From Octopus sinensis (Eukaryota), in contig NC_043019.1 in NCBI RefSeq assembly GCF_006345805.1, positions 30,379,360-30,443,359 of the forward strand: 64,000 nt of DNA. Direction: 5' to 3'. The translations under genes were made by a program, and so were the position numbers. Positions 1-13,160 of this stretch are shown piece by piece. Positions within the stretch are counted from its first letter, which is position 1; each line of letters opens with the position of its first letter. The notes under the pieces were generated by a model. The model saw only the letters and a list, made by a program, of their open reading frames with translations, ran no database searches and was not told the origin of the DNA.

Positions 1-579
1 ACATTTAGTGCTGATAATTCAATTATTCATCAAAATATACCCAAGCTGAATTGTAAGCTGTATGTAGTTTAGCTGGTCAAGGACAGTTCTCGGCTTAAAT
101 ATACGCACCAAACAAATATAAATATTCCCAGGACATGTATGAATATCGGTGACTGGTTAGACTTTTCACAGGAACACATTTCATATCTGAATTATATCTA
201 TTTTTTGTTGTCTGTTTGGAGCTTTTTTTTTTTTTTTTGTATCTTTGATCTTGTTTCAGTCAATAGATTGTGTGGCCACGCTGGGACAGCACCTTGAAGA
301 ATTTTAACTGAAATTGACCCCAATACTTTTTTTTCTTTTAAGTTCTGGTACCTATTTTATCAGTCTCTTTTGTTGAACTGCTAAGTTATGGGGATGTAAA
401 TACACCAACACCGGTTGCCAAGCAGTGGTGAGGGACACGATAGGCTTCCTTCAGTTTCTGCCTACCAAATCCTCTCACAAGGCTTTCGTTGGGCTGGGAT
501 TATAGTATATAAAAAAAGAATTTGCCCAATGTGTCATGCAGTGGGACTGAACCAAGAACCATGACTTCTTATTTTAACT

Positions 580-1095
580 GATTGGAAGTGTTATCATGTA
601 CATTATTTTGTCTTGGTATAAATGATGGGCTACAGTAAATATTCTGCTCAATACCACAGATTTGCTTGTCAGTTACTTGACCGTAACTAGTTGAGTATGT
701 CCCTTAGAGGCTGACGATATATGCATCTCTGATCACGAGCAGAAGTGGTGGGGGAGCATCATAGCCATGTGTTGAGAGGAATTCTTTGGGGTTTGGATAA
801 TTCACCTTTGGAAACATGGACGCTTTGTTCATCATCCTTAAACAACCCTTATTCAGGGACCTTTTGAGCAGGATGGGCTACCTGACCTGAAGAAAATTCT
901 AACTGGGCCCCACCTAGAAGGTCATATGCTGTTTATCTTGATGAGATCACTATGTCACACACACATAGTTGTGAAGCATGTGCCTGGTGTATCCTTATCA
1001 GATGGGTAGTCATGATGGGTATACTGGACTTCGTATATTTTACCCCGGTGTCACTTTGATGGCATGCACTGGTCTCTCACTCAATAATAATCATA
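580..1095 (+). repeat. Probable interspersed repeat (retroposon 3' end) with (AAT)n tail
   Basis: GC-richer block ending ctctctcactcaataataat; single copy in the window, so weak support. Confidence 0.3.
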
Positions 1096-3054
1096 AAATT
1101 AAAATAATTGTTTCACTCAATTATAGGGCTGGAAGGATTAGAGAATAAAAGTTTGATAAGCTTAAACCTATAAAATTAAATCTTCTTAGGAATTATAACA
1201 AGGAAGTGATAGCTTTATATCAAACAGGCTAGATCTAACGGAACGAGTCTCAAATTACAATTAACGTTGTTGTGGTTTCACCAGGTGTAAGCAATATTTC
1301 AACTATTTCAAGGAAATCTTCTAAAGATTTTTTATCAAAGCAGCAGATGGAAGAGAATCGAAGACAACCAGTAAAGAAAGTAGCCACTGCTGGAAATTTC
1401 CTGTCACCAACTCTTATCTGGCAATATTTCCTGCCAGACATGGTTTTGCAGGACATGGGAATGAATGACAACAACACTACTTTTATAACAGTGACAATCA
1501 TTTTCAACTATCATGTGACATCAATGAGACAAACACCGGCACATATTCACATTAACTTACATACATATATTTGTATATGCATACATAGATGGCAAACATC
1601 TTTCAGTTTCTGTCTACCAAATCCATTCACATGGCTCTGGTTGGTCCAGGGCTATAGCAAAAGACACTTGCCCAAGGTGCCATGCAGTGAAACAGAACCC
1701 AAAACTATGTGTTTGGGAAGCAAACTTCTCAACTACACAACCATGCCTGCACTGATAAGAAGTGTAAAAACCCCCTTCAGTCATGAATGACCATGGGATT
1801 GCACCTAGGAAGTTCCCCTCCAAGGCACAAGTCCAGGCAAGGTTGTTTATGGAAGACCAGCAGTTGCCCATGCATACCAGCCTTTCCTCTCCACATCATT
1901 GATGTTATCCAAGGGAAGGGTCGATGCAGCTTCGCACTAATGACATCACAACTCATTTCTACAGCTGAGTGAACTGGAGCAACATGAAATAAAGGGTCTT
2001 GTTCAAGAACACATTGTAGAGTTCAGTCTGAGAATCGAACTCACCACCTCGTGATTGTGAGCCCAGTGCTCTAACCACAGAGCCATGCACCTTCACAATA
2101 AATAAATAACATCAACTTTACTTCTATTTATTTATTGTTATAACAAATAAATATATTTTACTATAAGAAGTAAATAAACAGAAGAAAAGTTGCTGTCATC
2201 ATTTGAGGAGATGGAATTAAGAAATATTGTTTATTTAGTCAGGAAAGCTGAGTAAGACAGTGTGTGTGACCAATACTCTACAGCATTTGCAGTTAATTAT
2301 AAAAGAAACTGGGTGAACGTTGTTAAAAAATTACAACTGACTTCCAAAAGGTTATTTATCTTAAACTGGCCACATGTCAATTCCATGACCTTTAACATCC
2401 TCCCCTCTTTAAATGATGGATGTTTGACGCCTAGTTGTTTTTTGTTTTTTTTTTGTTTTTTGGTTTATTGACTACCTGAAAGCAGAACTAATGAACTAAC
2501 CTCTAAAGTGGTTGCTCATCCTGCTAGAAATAACTGTCAAGTCTACTTCAAAATCTCACCTTACTGTCTTTGGGACATATTAAATATATATGTCAGTGTG
2601 TGAATGGGTATGTACATATTCACACACATACACACTGTATTTTCCAGTCTGTATATAGGGTAAGTAATGTAATGTAAACATACACACAATGTCACACTCT
2701 TTCCAAATCCTGCTGCATCTCAAATGGAATTTTTGGTCTTCCAAAACTGCTTTGGTGTATAAGTTGACCTCCTTTTTGTGGCTGTAAATTTTTGGTTGAA
2801 AAATTTGTCTTATATGCAGGGAAATATGGTATATACACACAATATATAAATATATATATTGTAAAAATGAAGACAAACCAAATAGTGATATTATTCATTA
2901 TTACAACTTATGTGACTTGATGCCAGTACAAACTAGCTGGTCTATATTCTACTTATGTGGATAATCTAACAACGATTTGGACTTATCTGTTATATTCTGG
3001 TACTGTGTATCGCTTCTTAGTGCAACGAATACTAATACCCATTTTATTTCAAGC

Positions 3055-3215
3055 AGAAACGACCACTCGGAAGGCCTCCACGACGGTGGAGTTATGATTT
3101 CAGGAGGATGATTGGGATCACATGGATGAGAAAGGCGCGATCCAAAGAGGAGTGGACAGCGTGTTGTGACCAGCGGTGTCAAATGGACGCCCGACGGACT
3201 GGTCGATCAAGGTGA
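3055..3215 (+). mobile_element. 5'-truncated LINE 3' end, RTE-like
   Basis: Translates KRPLGRPPRRWSYDFRRMIGITWMRKARSKEEW, the GRP..RW...W..A....W C-terminus typical of RTE-clade ORFs; GC/CpG-rich relative to flanks. Confidence 0.7.
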
Positions 3216-3377
3216 TGCCCCCAATATTAGACTGCTTTCTATAACCAAAACACAGTGAATACTCATAAGCTTAAAGTTTATAATTATTATTTAAAGTGTG
3301 TGTGTATGTGTGTAATGCCAGCAAGTAGAAATACAACCCATGTGAAGTGTGATCAATGCATCCAGCTGAGTAAATAC

Positions 3378-3405
3378 CTTATGACACTTGAAGTTGAGTT
3401 TCCAT
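3378..3405 (-). CDS. Candidate 28-nt exon (phase 1 to 2: xGNSTSSVI)
   Basis: ttctctgttaaaacag|atggaaactcaacttcaagtgtcataag|gtattt. Confidence 0.4.
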
Positions 3406-3564
3406 CTGTTTTAACAGAGAATTTAGTAATATAAATTCATGCATCTACAAGGATGACTGATTGGCAACTGACACCATCGTTGCCCTATTGATACTCCATA
3501 CCGTCTTATTGATTCGTGTCTCATACAAAATGGTTAAATAACTCCAAAGGACACGTATACTCAC

Positions 3565-3582
3565 GAGAAAATTGATGATTGT
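3565..3582 (-). CDS. Candidate 18-nt microexon (phase 1: xNHQFS)
   Basis: ttttgctgacatag|acaatcatcaattttctc|gtgagt; TGC in the tract, multiple of 3. Confidence 0.5.
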
Positions 3583-5397
3583 CTATGTCAGCAAAATTTG
3601 GAAAGTTGTCAACTTAAACCCTAAGATGTTTGTTTACCAACTAAATGTATTGAGTGCACTTCGCATTGGTCATACTACTACTTTTACTTGCAAACATACT
3701 ACTACGCAGATACACACGTGTTTAATGTGTCCCAAACACAAAGAGACACATACTTAAACAGGAAGTCTAATTAATCACAAAATCACACATATGCATATAA
3801 ATTAGAAAGTATATATATACATATGTATATATGTGTGTGTGTGTGTGTGTTGTGTGTGTGTGTGTGTGTGTATACTAAGTCTCTGTGGACCACCACTGTC
3901 AATGAAACTGCTTAGAACAAACAAACACTTAAACTAACAACGCTAGTCTTTCATAAAGCTATTAAAAAAAAAAAATAGGGAGATAAGGAAGACTTAATTT
4001 TTTTTTTTTTTTGGTCATTAGAATTATGCTTTTCTGAATGTCCATGAAATAAATTCGAACAAACTGAAACTCTAGAAGAAGTGTGACGTCAATTCAAACA
4101 GTCATATGTAGAACATATGTATGCTGCACAGCACCCCTCAGTATAATTTTAGTTAAGCAAGCAGAACGTCATATGACTTTCCTGCCGTCTTGGTGCTATC
4201 TAACAACATCAACCATTTCTAATTCAGAAAGCAAGCAAAGAAGCCAGGGCATACACACAGTTTTGGACTAAGGAGAGGCTGATAGATGTAAACAGAATTC
4301 AGGAATTGGAATATATTTATCACCACCACCACCATCATCGTCATCATCAAACAATGTACATCTTTCATGCTGGCATAGGTTGGATGGTTTAACAAGAGCT
4401 GATGATCCAGAAGACTGCACCAAGCTCATCTGTTCATTGGCATGGTGTCTACAGCTGGATGTCCTCCCTAATGCCAACCACTTTACAGGAGTATACTGGA
4501 TGTTTTTTTTTTAATATATGGCACCAGCAAATAATTAATTAAAACTACTAATTAACTATACAATTTCCAAATTATATATGATGACATGAAGTGTTATGAG
4601 GATGAACAGGAAGGAGAGAAAAGCTAAGAGAATGGAGATATTTTTATTTTTAATAAAAAGTGGAAGGCGTAACATAAAGCGAAGTTTGAAAAATATTTTA
4701 AACAAGAGATCTTTTATCTTTTACTTGTTTTAGTCATTAGACTGTGGCCATGCTGGGGCACTGCCATGAAAATTTTTTAGTCAAATGAATTGACCCTGGA
4801 CCTTATTTTTTATAAGCCTGGTACTTATTCTATTGGGCACTTTTGCCAAGCCGCTATGTTACAGGAACATAAACACACCAAGACTGGTGTATATATATAT
4901 ATATATAAAAAACAGGCTTCTTTCAGTTTCCATCAATCAAATCCACTCGCAAGGCTTTTGTCAGCTATATTTGAAGACACTTGCCCAAGGTGTCACCTTC
5001 ACACAGTGGAACTAAACCCAGAACCACATGGTTGAAAGTCAGTGAAGAAATTTTTTTTCTTTTTGACAGTAAATTTTAAAGTTAATGTCAAGCAAAATAG
5101 TGTATTTTTTTCTTTTTCATTTTCCTTTCATATCCATGTTTGGAGGGGAAACTAGCAATAACTGTATGGTGGTTGTTGACACAGAAGGGATGAACCTGCT
5201 ACTCTGGTATAACTACAAACATAGAAACTCTTGGCTATTTCTGTACAAAACATTGCTTCAACCTGCCTTAATCTTTGTTTCAGAGTACGTGTGTATTATT
5301 AGATTTGAAAGCAAATTACGACCAGATATCATGATACAACAGCCAGAACAGAATTATAAAAATAATTTACTATCTTTGGTGGATGAGCAGTGCTTAC

Positions 5398-5450
5398 CTA
5401 GCACACCCAGAATACACACATCAAAATTCTAGTTATTATAATCAGGGTAA
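5398..5450 (-). CDS. Candidate 53-nt exon ending in a stop (phase 1: VTLIIITRILMCVFWVC*)
   Basis: gtctctccttatgctccctatag|53 nt ending TAG|gtaagc. Confidence 0.3.
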
Positions 5451-5596
5451 CTATAGGGAGCATAAGGAGAGACGACAGGCATCAACACCATTAATATTAA
5501 AACTATAAATATCGTGCCCACTTGCTACAATTTTAGACATCAAGGGCTGTTAGTAGTTAGAAATAGTAACTGAATCTCCTTCAAATTATACCTTAC

Positions 5597-5599
5597 CAT
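5597..5599 (-). CDS. Candidate 3-nt microexon (ATG)
   Basis: gtttctttttttctttaag|ATG|gtaagg. Confidence 0.4.
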
Positions 5600-6902
5600 C
5601 TTAAAGAAAAAAAGAAACACCCCTCTAAAACAACTGATGTAAGTGAATATACTGCGTGAATAAACAAATAATGTGGTGGTCATATCTGGAATGACTTTGA
5701 TCATGTCTATTGAATATAGATTTAAAGCCAGAATATAAGGAGACAGAGATTGAGAATTATCAACTGTCTCGGGCCAATGTAAGATCAAACGAAAAAAATC
5801 AATAATTCTAATTAGTGGTTTCAAATTTTGGCACAGGGCCCGCAGTTTTTGAGGGGAGGGGGAACTGATTAACTGATACTTATTTTATCAACCCTGAAAG
5901 GATGAAAGGTAAGAGTGACCTCGGTGGAGTTTGAATTCCAGAACATAAAGATGGACGAAGTACCACTAAGCATTTTGTCCAGCATGCAGCTGGTTCTGCC
6001 AGTTTGCTGCCCTAATAATTCTAATTAATAACATGAATCGTTAACTATTTATTACCAAACCACATTAATTATTCTTCTATATTTTTTTCAGATGTAAAAC
6101 AACCAGTTTCAAGCCACAGCTCTCTCTCTCTCTCTCGGTGCGATTTTGAATTAACAGAATATGTAAATGCCAAGTGAAAGATGCAAATATCACAACTCAC
6201 CCCCTTTTACAAATGAATGACACAAATATATCACATCTGGCTCACACATGCTGCAACCACCTTAGAAGTTCCACAACAATCGAAGATATCCAAATATCAA
6301 ACTAATGAGAAAATCAGGAAGGCAAAGAGGACAAAACATAATTAGGGGCACAGTCAGATGGTTACAAATTTGTGTGTGTGGTGGTGGTGGTGGGGGAGAT
6401 ATAATTGATTAAATTGACACAACCCTTCCCAGTACTTTAATTCACTGACCCTCAGGAAGAGGAAAGACAAAATCACTCTTGATTATGAAAGGAAGCAACT
6501 AAACAATGCAATGCTTTTAGTCCAACACTCTACCAATTCTACATTATAAAACCATTAAGACTTGTATCTATTTGAAAGGTTGTGGTGGTAGGAGATAAAT
6601 TCCATATTGCAGTATTAGTCAAAACACACACACACAAGTTGTATTTCATCTTTTACCTGCTTCAGTCATTAGACAGCAGCCATTCTGGGGCACAACCTTG
6701 AAGGGTTTTTTGTTGAATAAATTGACCCCAGTGCTTATTTTTTAAGGCTGGTACTTATTCTAGCTATCTCTTTTGCCAAACCACTAAGTTACAAGGACAT
6801 AAACAAATCAACACTGGTTTGTCAAGCAGTGGGTGAGAGGTACACACAATAACTCACACACACACACATGTATATATATGCATGTACATATACATTGTGG
6901 AC

Positions 6903-7277
6903 AGTGGCGGTGCAATGGCCCAGTGGTTAGGGCAGTGCACTTGTGGTCGGGGGATCATGGTTTTGATCTCCAGACTGGGTGTTGTGAGTGTTTATTGAGC
7001 GAAAACACCTAAAGCTCCGGCAGGGGGGTCGTAGTGAACCCTCCTGTACACTTTCACCACAACTTTCTCTCACTCTTTCTTCCTGTTTCTGTTGTACCGG
7101 TATTTCAAAGGGCCAGCCTTGTCACACACTGTGTCATGCTGAATCTCCCCGAGAACTCCGTTAAGGGTACACGTGCCTGTTGAGTGCTCAGCCACTTGCA
7201 TGTTAATTTCATGAGCAGGCCATTCTGTTGATCGGATCAACTGGAACCTTCATTGTCGTAACCAACCGAGTGCCACG
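6903..7277 (+). mobile_element. SINE family C nested in a family B copy
   Basis: tRNA head TGGCCCAGTGGTTAGGGCA; 11-bp TSD ACA(T/C)TGTGGAC at 6892-6902 and 7278-7288. Confidence 0.85.
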
Positions 7278-9171
7278 ACACTGTGGACTTCTTTCAGTTT
7301 CTGTTTACCAAATCCATTCACAAGACCTGAGTTTGTGCAAGGTGCCATGCAGTGGGACTGAACCCAAAACCACACGGTTGGGAAACAAGCTTCTCAATTA
7401 CAGCCATGCCTTGCCTGTGCCTGTCTATTTAAAACAAACTTAATAAAAATGTAAAGGAACATCACCTTTAGATATATTCATTTTGAACCTTGGAAATAAC
7501 TTTGAATTGTGGAATAACATCTAGAAAAAAATCACTTCATTTTCAATTTCATGGACTTGAAATCTTGTTTTAGGTCAGAGTCTCATCATAACTCATAATA
7601 GATATGATGTAATGGATGTATCATATGTCTCAATTTCTTGGAATGTTTGGAGCTTGTGTAATTAAACTCTTTAATCATTTTGATACCAAACCACCCAAAA
7701 TTGCCCATAGTCTTTTATGAGAACTTTGTATTATAATTGTGTTGGGATGGGTGAGTGAGTGAGTGCATGTACTGTAATAAATTAACCCTTTTGGTACTAA
7801 CCCACTAGAGAGATCACCATTGGTTCTATAATACAAACTTCAGCTTAAAGTTATTAAAATAACTTCATTATTTTAATAAATTTTTCAGCTTATAATGAAG
7901 TTATAGTAATAAATTTTCCTTTATTTTCAAAATTAATTGAAACAAGAGCAGTGTATTTCAATAAAAATATGGTGACAAACAAATATACTACTGGTATTTA
8001 GTTTATCTACGAAGGAACCAAGGAGGAGAAGTTATAAGCAAAGATGTTCGGTGAGATTTGAAATCGGAAAAGAGAGAGAGAACACTCTGACACTTTAATG
8101 TCCGTTAACAAGTTACAGTTCTCCAAATATAGGTTTATTGTTTTAGTACAAGGACATATTCGTAGTGGAGGGAGTAGCAGTACTCACAGTAATGATTGTT
8201 TTTTTTGTGGCATAAAGTTGCACATTTGGGGGGGGGGGGTGTAATTGTCTGAATCGGTCCTAACACATGACTAGTAGTTATTTTAGAAAAATAGAAAATG
8301 AATTTAACTCAGGCAACATTCGAACACCAAACAAAATAGACAAACAAGCCTCAGCCAATGGAAGTAGATTTTACATAGTCACTTAAGTGACAAGAAATAG
8401 CAACCAAATCTCCCTTAAATTACAGCTTAGCTTCTTAAAAAAGTAAAAAAAAAAAATGTTGTAGTGCTGTGCGTACATTATGTCTAGGACAAAAAAAAAT
8501 TACACGATGTCAGTTACAGATAGAACGCCTTTGATTATAGGTCTACACAACGAGATCCAAATTGGGGTTAAACAGTAACAACAAATTACAGTATAAATTG
8601 AGTGAATTACAAATATATCATAATTACCAAACAAGGAACTAGAAAACCAGCAAAGTGGTGGTATAGTTCTTATGGCTTAACCAGAAGTAGGAAAACACCT
8701 ATGACATTTTTTTATAGGGATTAGTGCTGAGGAGTAAGACTGAGTTTGAACCATAATGATTTCTATACATACATAAAACCAGAAATATCTTGGGTGAGGA
8801 TTGGCAAATTGTTTTATAGATTCTGGAAGGATGAAAGCCAATCCACCAACTTCTGAGAAGATCTGAACTTAAAATGTAAAGGGTTTTAATTAAATACTAC
8901 AAGACACTTTGTATGTAGCTCTACCAATTTTACTGATTCACCACCACCTCTTAGATTAACCCTTTAATATTCAGATTAGTCTGTCTAATGCAATATTTAT
9001 GTATACACATTGTTTTTTTAAAATTAATCATACATTGTCTTATAGCTTTGAGATTTCAACAATGTGATTGTTAATTTTTAGGAAGACATTGTAGGCAGGT
9101 GTGAGAAGCTGGATCTGGCTTGTTGGACCCTAGAACAAATAGAATATTTGGGCTGGATATGGCTAGTTTAA

Positions 9172-9391
9172 CCCTTTCATTACTGACCCGGCTGAAACCG
9201 GCTCTGTCTCTGAGTACAAATGTCTTGTTTCCATAAGTTTTGAATTAAAATCTTCCACCAAACCTTAGTCACAATTATGTTCCTAACACTAGCTGAATGG
9301 ATAACTAAGTTATTTTACTAAATTCTTTGTTATATTTAAAGTAATTGAAAGAAACACAGAGCATCTGAAAATAAGTACAGTAACGAAAGGG
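9172..9391. mobile_element. piggyBac-like MITE nested in another TTAA MITE
   Basis: TTAA|CCCTTTCATTACTG...CAGTAACGAAAGGG|TTAA; related copies at ~7782-7980, 10663-10851, 16277-16459, 60937-61070. Confidence 0.85.
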
Positions 9392-9521
9392 TTAAATGCT
9401 AAAGAGTGAAAGGTTAGTTTCAAGAGAGGACGACAAGGAAATATGACTAGAAGCAACTGGATGACAAACAACGAAGACAACAGATGACGGATAAGTGATG
9501 AATAGCACAAAATATACTCAC

Positions 9522-9737
9522 TCGTAACAGTTTCTGGTTCAATTTTAGAAAAACTAGAAGCAATCGCAAACGCACCCATTCTCTTGATAATGTAACTCTT
9601 TAGTTTATGACGCAGGCAGGATTTTTTCTCCTTGTAACTGGACAATGAAGCACCCATTGCAGAGAAGATGTGCTGCAGTGTCATTGAAATAAAACAGAGC
9701 TGGACAATCTTGTCGCAATCAGATCAGGCTGACTGCT
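9522..9737 (-). CDS. Candidate 216-nt exon; open frame MTLQHIFSAMGASLSSYKEKKSCLRHKLKSYIIKRMGAFAIASSFSKIEPETVT
   Basis: atttcattatctgcag acceptor and gtgagt donor; 67 open codons after one TGA at 9724-9726; non-repetitive sequence. Confidence 0.4.
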
Positions 9738-11122
9738 CTGCAGATAATGAAATCTTTATAGGAGATCAATGCAGAGAGCAACAAGACAGGGATAATAAAA
9801 TACCTTTGCACTATCAATGTGTTACTATCATAATTTCATCTTCCAATCAAAACAAGATGAACAAAACAACAAATCTCAATAACACTCAATACATTAATCC
9901 CATCTATATCAGAAAGATATAATTATTTAATCTGCAGGACAATTGACTGCAGCTATAAATCCCTACTAATTAAACCCTTTATTGGGCTATTTAAATTTAA
10001 AGCTGAGTGGAAGGGAATTTGATTAAAAAGTATTTTCTTTTAAAGTCCATTCTTTGTCCTCTGATACGGAAGTTATTTTAGTGTCTATGTAAATCTATAT
10101 TGGCGACATCAAAAAGGATGGATTAAGGAGCTTAATGGATTGTTTGTTTTGTTTTTTTTTTCAAAAATTCTGTTTTTGTTGCATTTATGCAAGGTATGCC
10201 ATAGCAGCAGTACTGTTGTTTGTTGATGCTGAAGGTGGTGGCAGTGATGTTTAATCACTGCAACTGTAAATCTGCTAAAATTATTCCTTAAGACGCAGAA
10301 CAATGACAAATCAATCCACTAATTCTGTCAATCACTTCCGCCTTGAAAGGACAACAACAAAAAAAAGGAAAAGTGTGATTACAAACCTATAATCTTGAGA
10401 TTAAAACAAAACAAAAGCCCCAACGCAATTGTGACACAAAAAAAAAAAGAAAAGAATTTGAAAAATTCAAACCATTAAATATGTAAAACAATTCAGTTAG
10501 AGATATAAAGTCCTTGGTGGGGAGATGAAATATTATATATAAACAACAATCACAAAATATGTCTAACAAAACATTAAAAAAATAATCTATAAAATTGCTT
10601 CTGACATGGACATACCTGGAGAGATAATCAGTTTTAAAACTTTTCATTTTGATTTGCCATAGTTTAACCCTTTTAATACCCATCTGTCCGAAACTGACTC
10701 TCCACCCTCCACCACCACACTTCAAGTTTTAACACTTCAGATTATTCTATCGAAACAACTAAATTACTTCCATAAATTTTTCATTATTTTCAAAATTACT
10801 TTAAACAACGGTAGTGTATTTCAACAGAAATATGGTAACAAAAAGGGTTAAGGTAATGATTAGCATCCCCTAATTCATTAAAGACGCTAAATTAATAACA
10901 CAGTGTCATCTTTACGACGGGAAGTAGCTTATAAAACATTCTCATAAACAGTTGTTTGGTTGTTTCATTTTTACAAACTTCATTTGTTTCCACAAACCTT
11001 AGTCATTTTGCAAGCCCCATTCATCGTTTTTACAAACGCTCTTCAATGTTTTCACAACCCCGACCCTTCCGACTATCATTTCACAAACTTCCTTATTTCC
11101 ACCCCGCTCCTCGTTATTTAAC

Positions 11123-11152
11123 CTTGAAAAACCTTCTCTGCATGATATCCTT
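11123..11152 (-). CDS. Candidate 30-nt exon (phase 1: EGYHAEKVFQ)
   Basis: Strong acceptor actgctttgcttgtttgagttatcactgttatttcag; donor weak (aag|gttaaa), so the 3' boundary is uncertain. Confidence 0.3.
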
Positions 11153-11535
11153 CTGAAATAACAGTGATAACTCAAACAAGCAAAGCAGTGTCTAATACAC
11201 ACATAAGCAACCCTTTTTGTGAAGCAAGCCATGAAACATGGTAAAACATCAGGCGGGATGCACTATTAAAAAAAAAATTCAAGGTAATTTTTCATTCAGA
11301 AAGTCCTGTGGGTGCAGTTTGCCCGTGACTAATCTATGAAATCACACAACTTAGATACAGCAGCCAAACCACCCTCAAATCATAGCCCCCACCAACTTAA
11401 AGATGGCAACACTGTATATGAATTGCTGAAATTCGAATACAGGATAGTTATTGAAAGAATACCTTTAATCATAGATTTGCCTGATTAGGACTGAACTGGG
11501 GCTAAACAATAAGAAAATAAAATTTAAAAAAAAAA

Positions 11536-11890
11536 CCCAGCACTCAGAGAGCGCAGACCTCTGTCAAGGCAACACCAACATCCTCTCAACGATTAGCTGG
11601 AGATGATTTTTAAAATGAGAATATCTGAAATAAACTTGACTGCTCTCACAAATGAGAATACTAAAAATGAACCCGACCGCTCTAAAAAATTAAGTAAAAA
11701 AAAACAAAAAAAAACGGAAAAATAATTCAGAATCCTTGACTGGTACTGGATTGATCCCAAAATCTAATCTGTTCATGCCAGTCACGAAGCCAAACATCCC
11801 TGAAAGCTTCATCCAAATCCATCCAGCAGTTCTTGAGATATCTTGTCCATGGACAAACAAACAAACACACCTGAAAACAGGCGGAGGTAA
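11536..11890 (-). mobile_element. Non-autonomous Helentron/HINE (DINE-1-like) element
   Basis: Minus strand begins TTACCTCCGCC, then (TGTT)n, then a core with ggatttggatgaagct, and ends with subTIR GACAGAGGT plus stem-loop GCGCTC-TCT-GAGTGC before a T-run. Confidence 0.7.
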
Positions 11891-12135
11891 CAAGTGAAAG
11901 CTTTGTGCCTTTCAAATGTTAAAGAACATTTCTTCAGAATTGTTGCTAAAGATTAGTGGAGTTTCAGCTTTCAAGTGCATGGCACCTTGAGCAAGTACTT
12001 CTCTTCTATTATAGCTCTGGACCAACCAATGCCTTGTGAGTGAATTTGAAAGAGAGAAACCCACCCACTGTGTCTACGCATGTTTATGTGTGTATATTTG
12101 TCACCTGCTTGCTTGACAAATAGAGTTTGCATATG

Positions 12136-12285
12136 TTAGTTAGTTAATTTTTTGGCTCAAAAAGCAAAAAGCAAGGCCATGTAGGGGGACATGGAGTTAT
12201 GTACAGGGTGGTGTTCATGTAAAGAGTTCAGGCCATTTGTGGTCAAGGGAGACTTTGAACCGAGTGGTCGTCGGCATCTTCACTA
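12136..12285 (-). mobile_element. Probable LINE 3' end with (TAAC)n tail inserted in a SINE B remnant
   Basis: Ends aaaaaattaactaactaac on the minus strand and interrupts family B sequence. Confidence 0.4.
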
Positions 12286-12816
12286 ATATGAATCTTAGTA
12301 GTTTGACTAAAAGATTGTTAAAGTACCAGATTTAAAATAAGATATGTACCGAGGTTGATTTGTCTGGCCACATTTATGGCCACAGTCCAATGACTGAAAA
12401 AATATATAAATGATATATTATGCCTGAATATATAAAATGCTTTGATCGTAGTTCCAAGGGAGACTGGAGCTGACCAAGGTCTAAACAAAGCAACATAATG
12501 AATTTCAAGTGAAGTTAAAAGAAAAAGAAGAAACAGTTGCTTAGTCTCACATGAACCTGATTAAACAGACCTACACAAAGGCATTCCACCCATGACCATC
12601 CTGTCTTTTTAAATGACATTTAGAACTACAACAGCTATGTGTTTTCATTTTATAAAAAGGTGGGGTATGATTTAAGTAAGATCTGGCTGCTATCTCTAGC
12701 AAGTTGACTACATAAAAGATTTTCTCAGTGACATTTTGAGAACTTGACATATAACTAAATCATATATTGTGAAGAGTCTGTACAAGTGTGGTACCATTTG
12801 GCTCCTGGTTCCTTAC

Positions 12817-12905
12817 ATGTCAATATGTAAGTGTATGATGGTGATGGGGTATATGGCCTCTCTGGACCAACATACTTATGTCTACACTTGCGTAATTTAT
12901 TCCTA
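12817..12905 (-). CDS. Candidate 89-nt exon (phase 2 to 1: RNKLRKCRHKYVGPERPYTPSPSYTYILT)
   Basis: tatttaattacag acceptor (NAGNAG cagtag), gtaagg donor, open frame. Confidence 0.35.
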
Positions 12906-12931
12906 CTGTAATTAAATATTACATTATTACC

Positions 12932-13160
12932 TATTTCTTTACTACCCACAAGGGGCTAAACACAGAGAGGACAAACAAGGACAGACAAACAGATTAAGTT
13001 GATTACATCGACCCCAGTGCGTAACTGGTACTTAATTTATCAACCCCAAAAGGATGAAAGGCAAAGTCGACCTCGGCAGAATTTGAACTCAGAATGTAGC
13101 GACAGACGAAATACCACTAAGCTTTTCGCCTGGTGTGCTAACGTTTCTACCAGCTCGCTG
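12932..13160 (-). mobile_element. SINE family A with 13-bp TSD
   Basis: TTACATTATTACC at 12919-12931 and 13166-13178. Confidence 0.9.

Noticed and set aside
1272-1790. 172-aa plus-strand ORF
   Set aside because: GTG start, no recognisable domain or convincing splice sites, and the second half runs through a SINE B remnant.
6201-6301. Minus-strand segment with good acceptor and gtgagt donor
   Set aside because: Stops in all three frames and no other support; could be a poison exon but cannot be told from chance.
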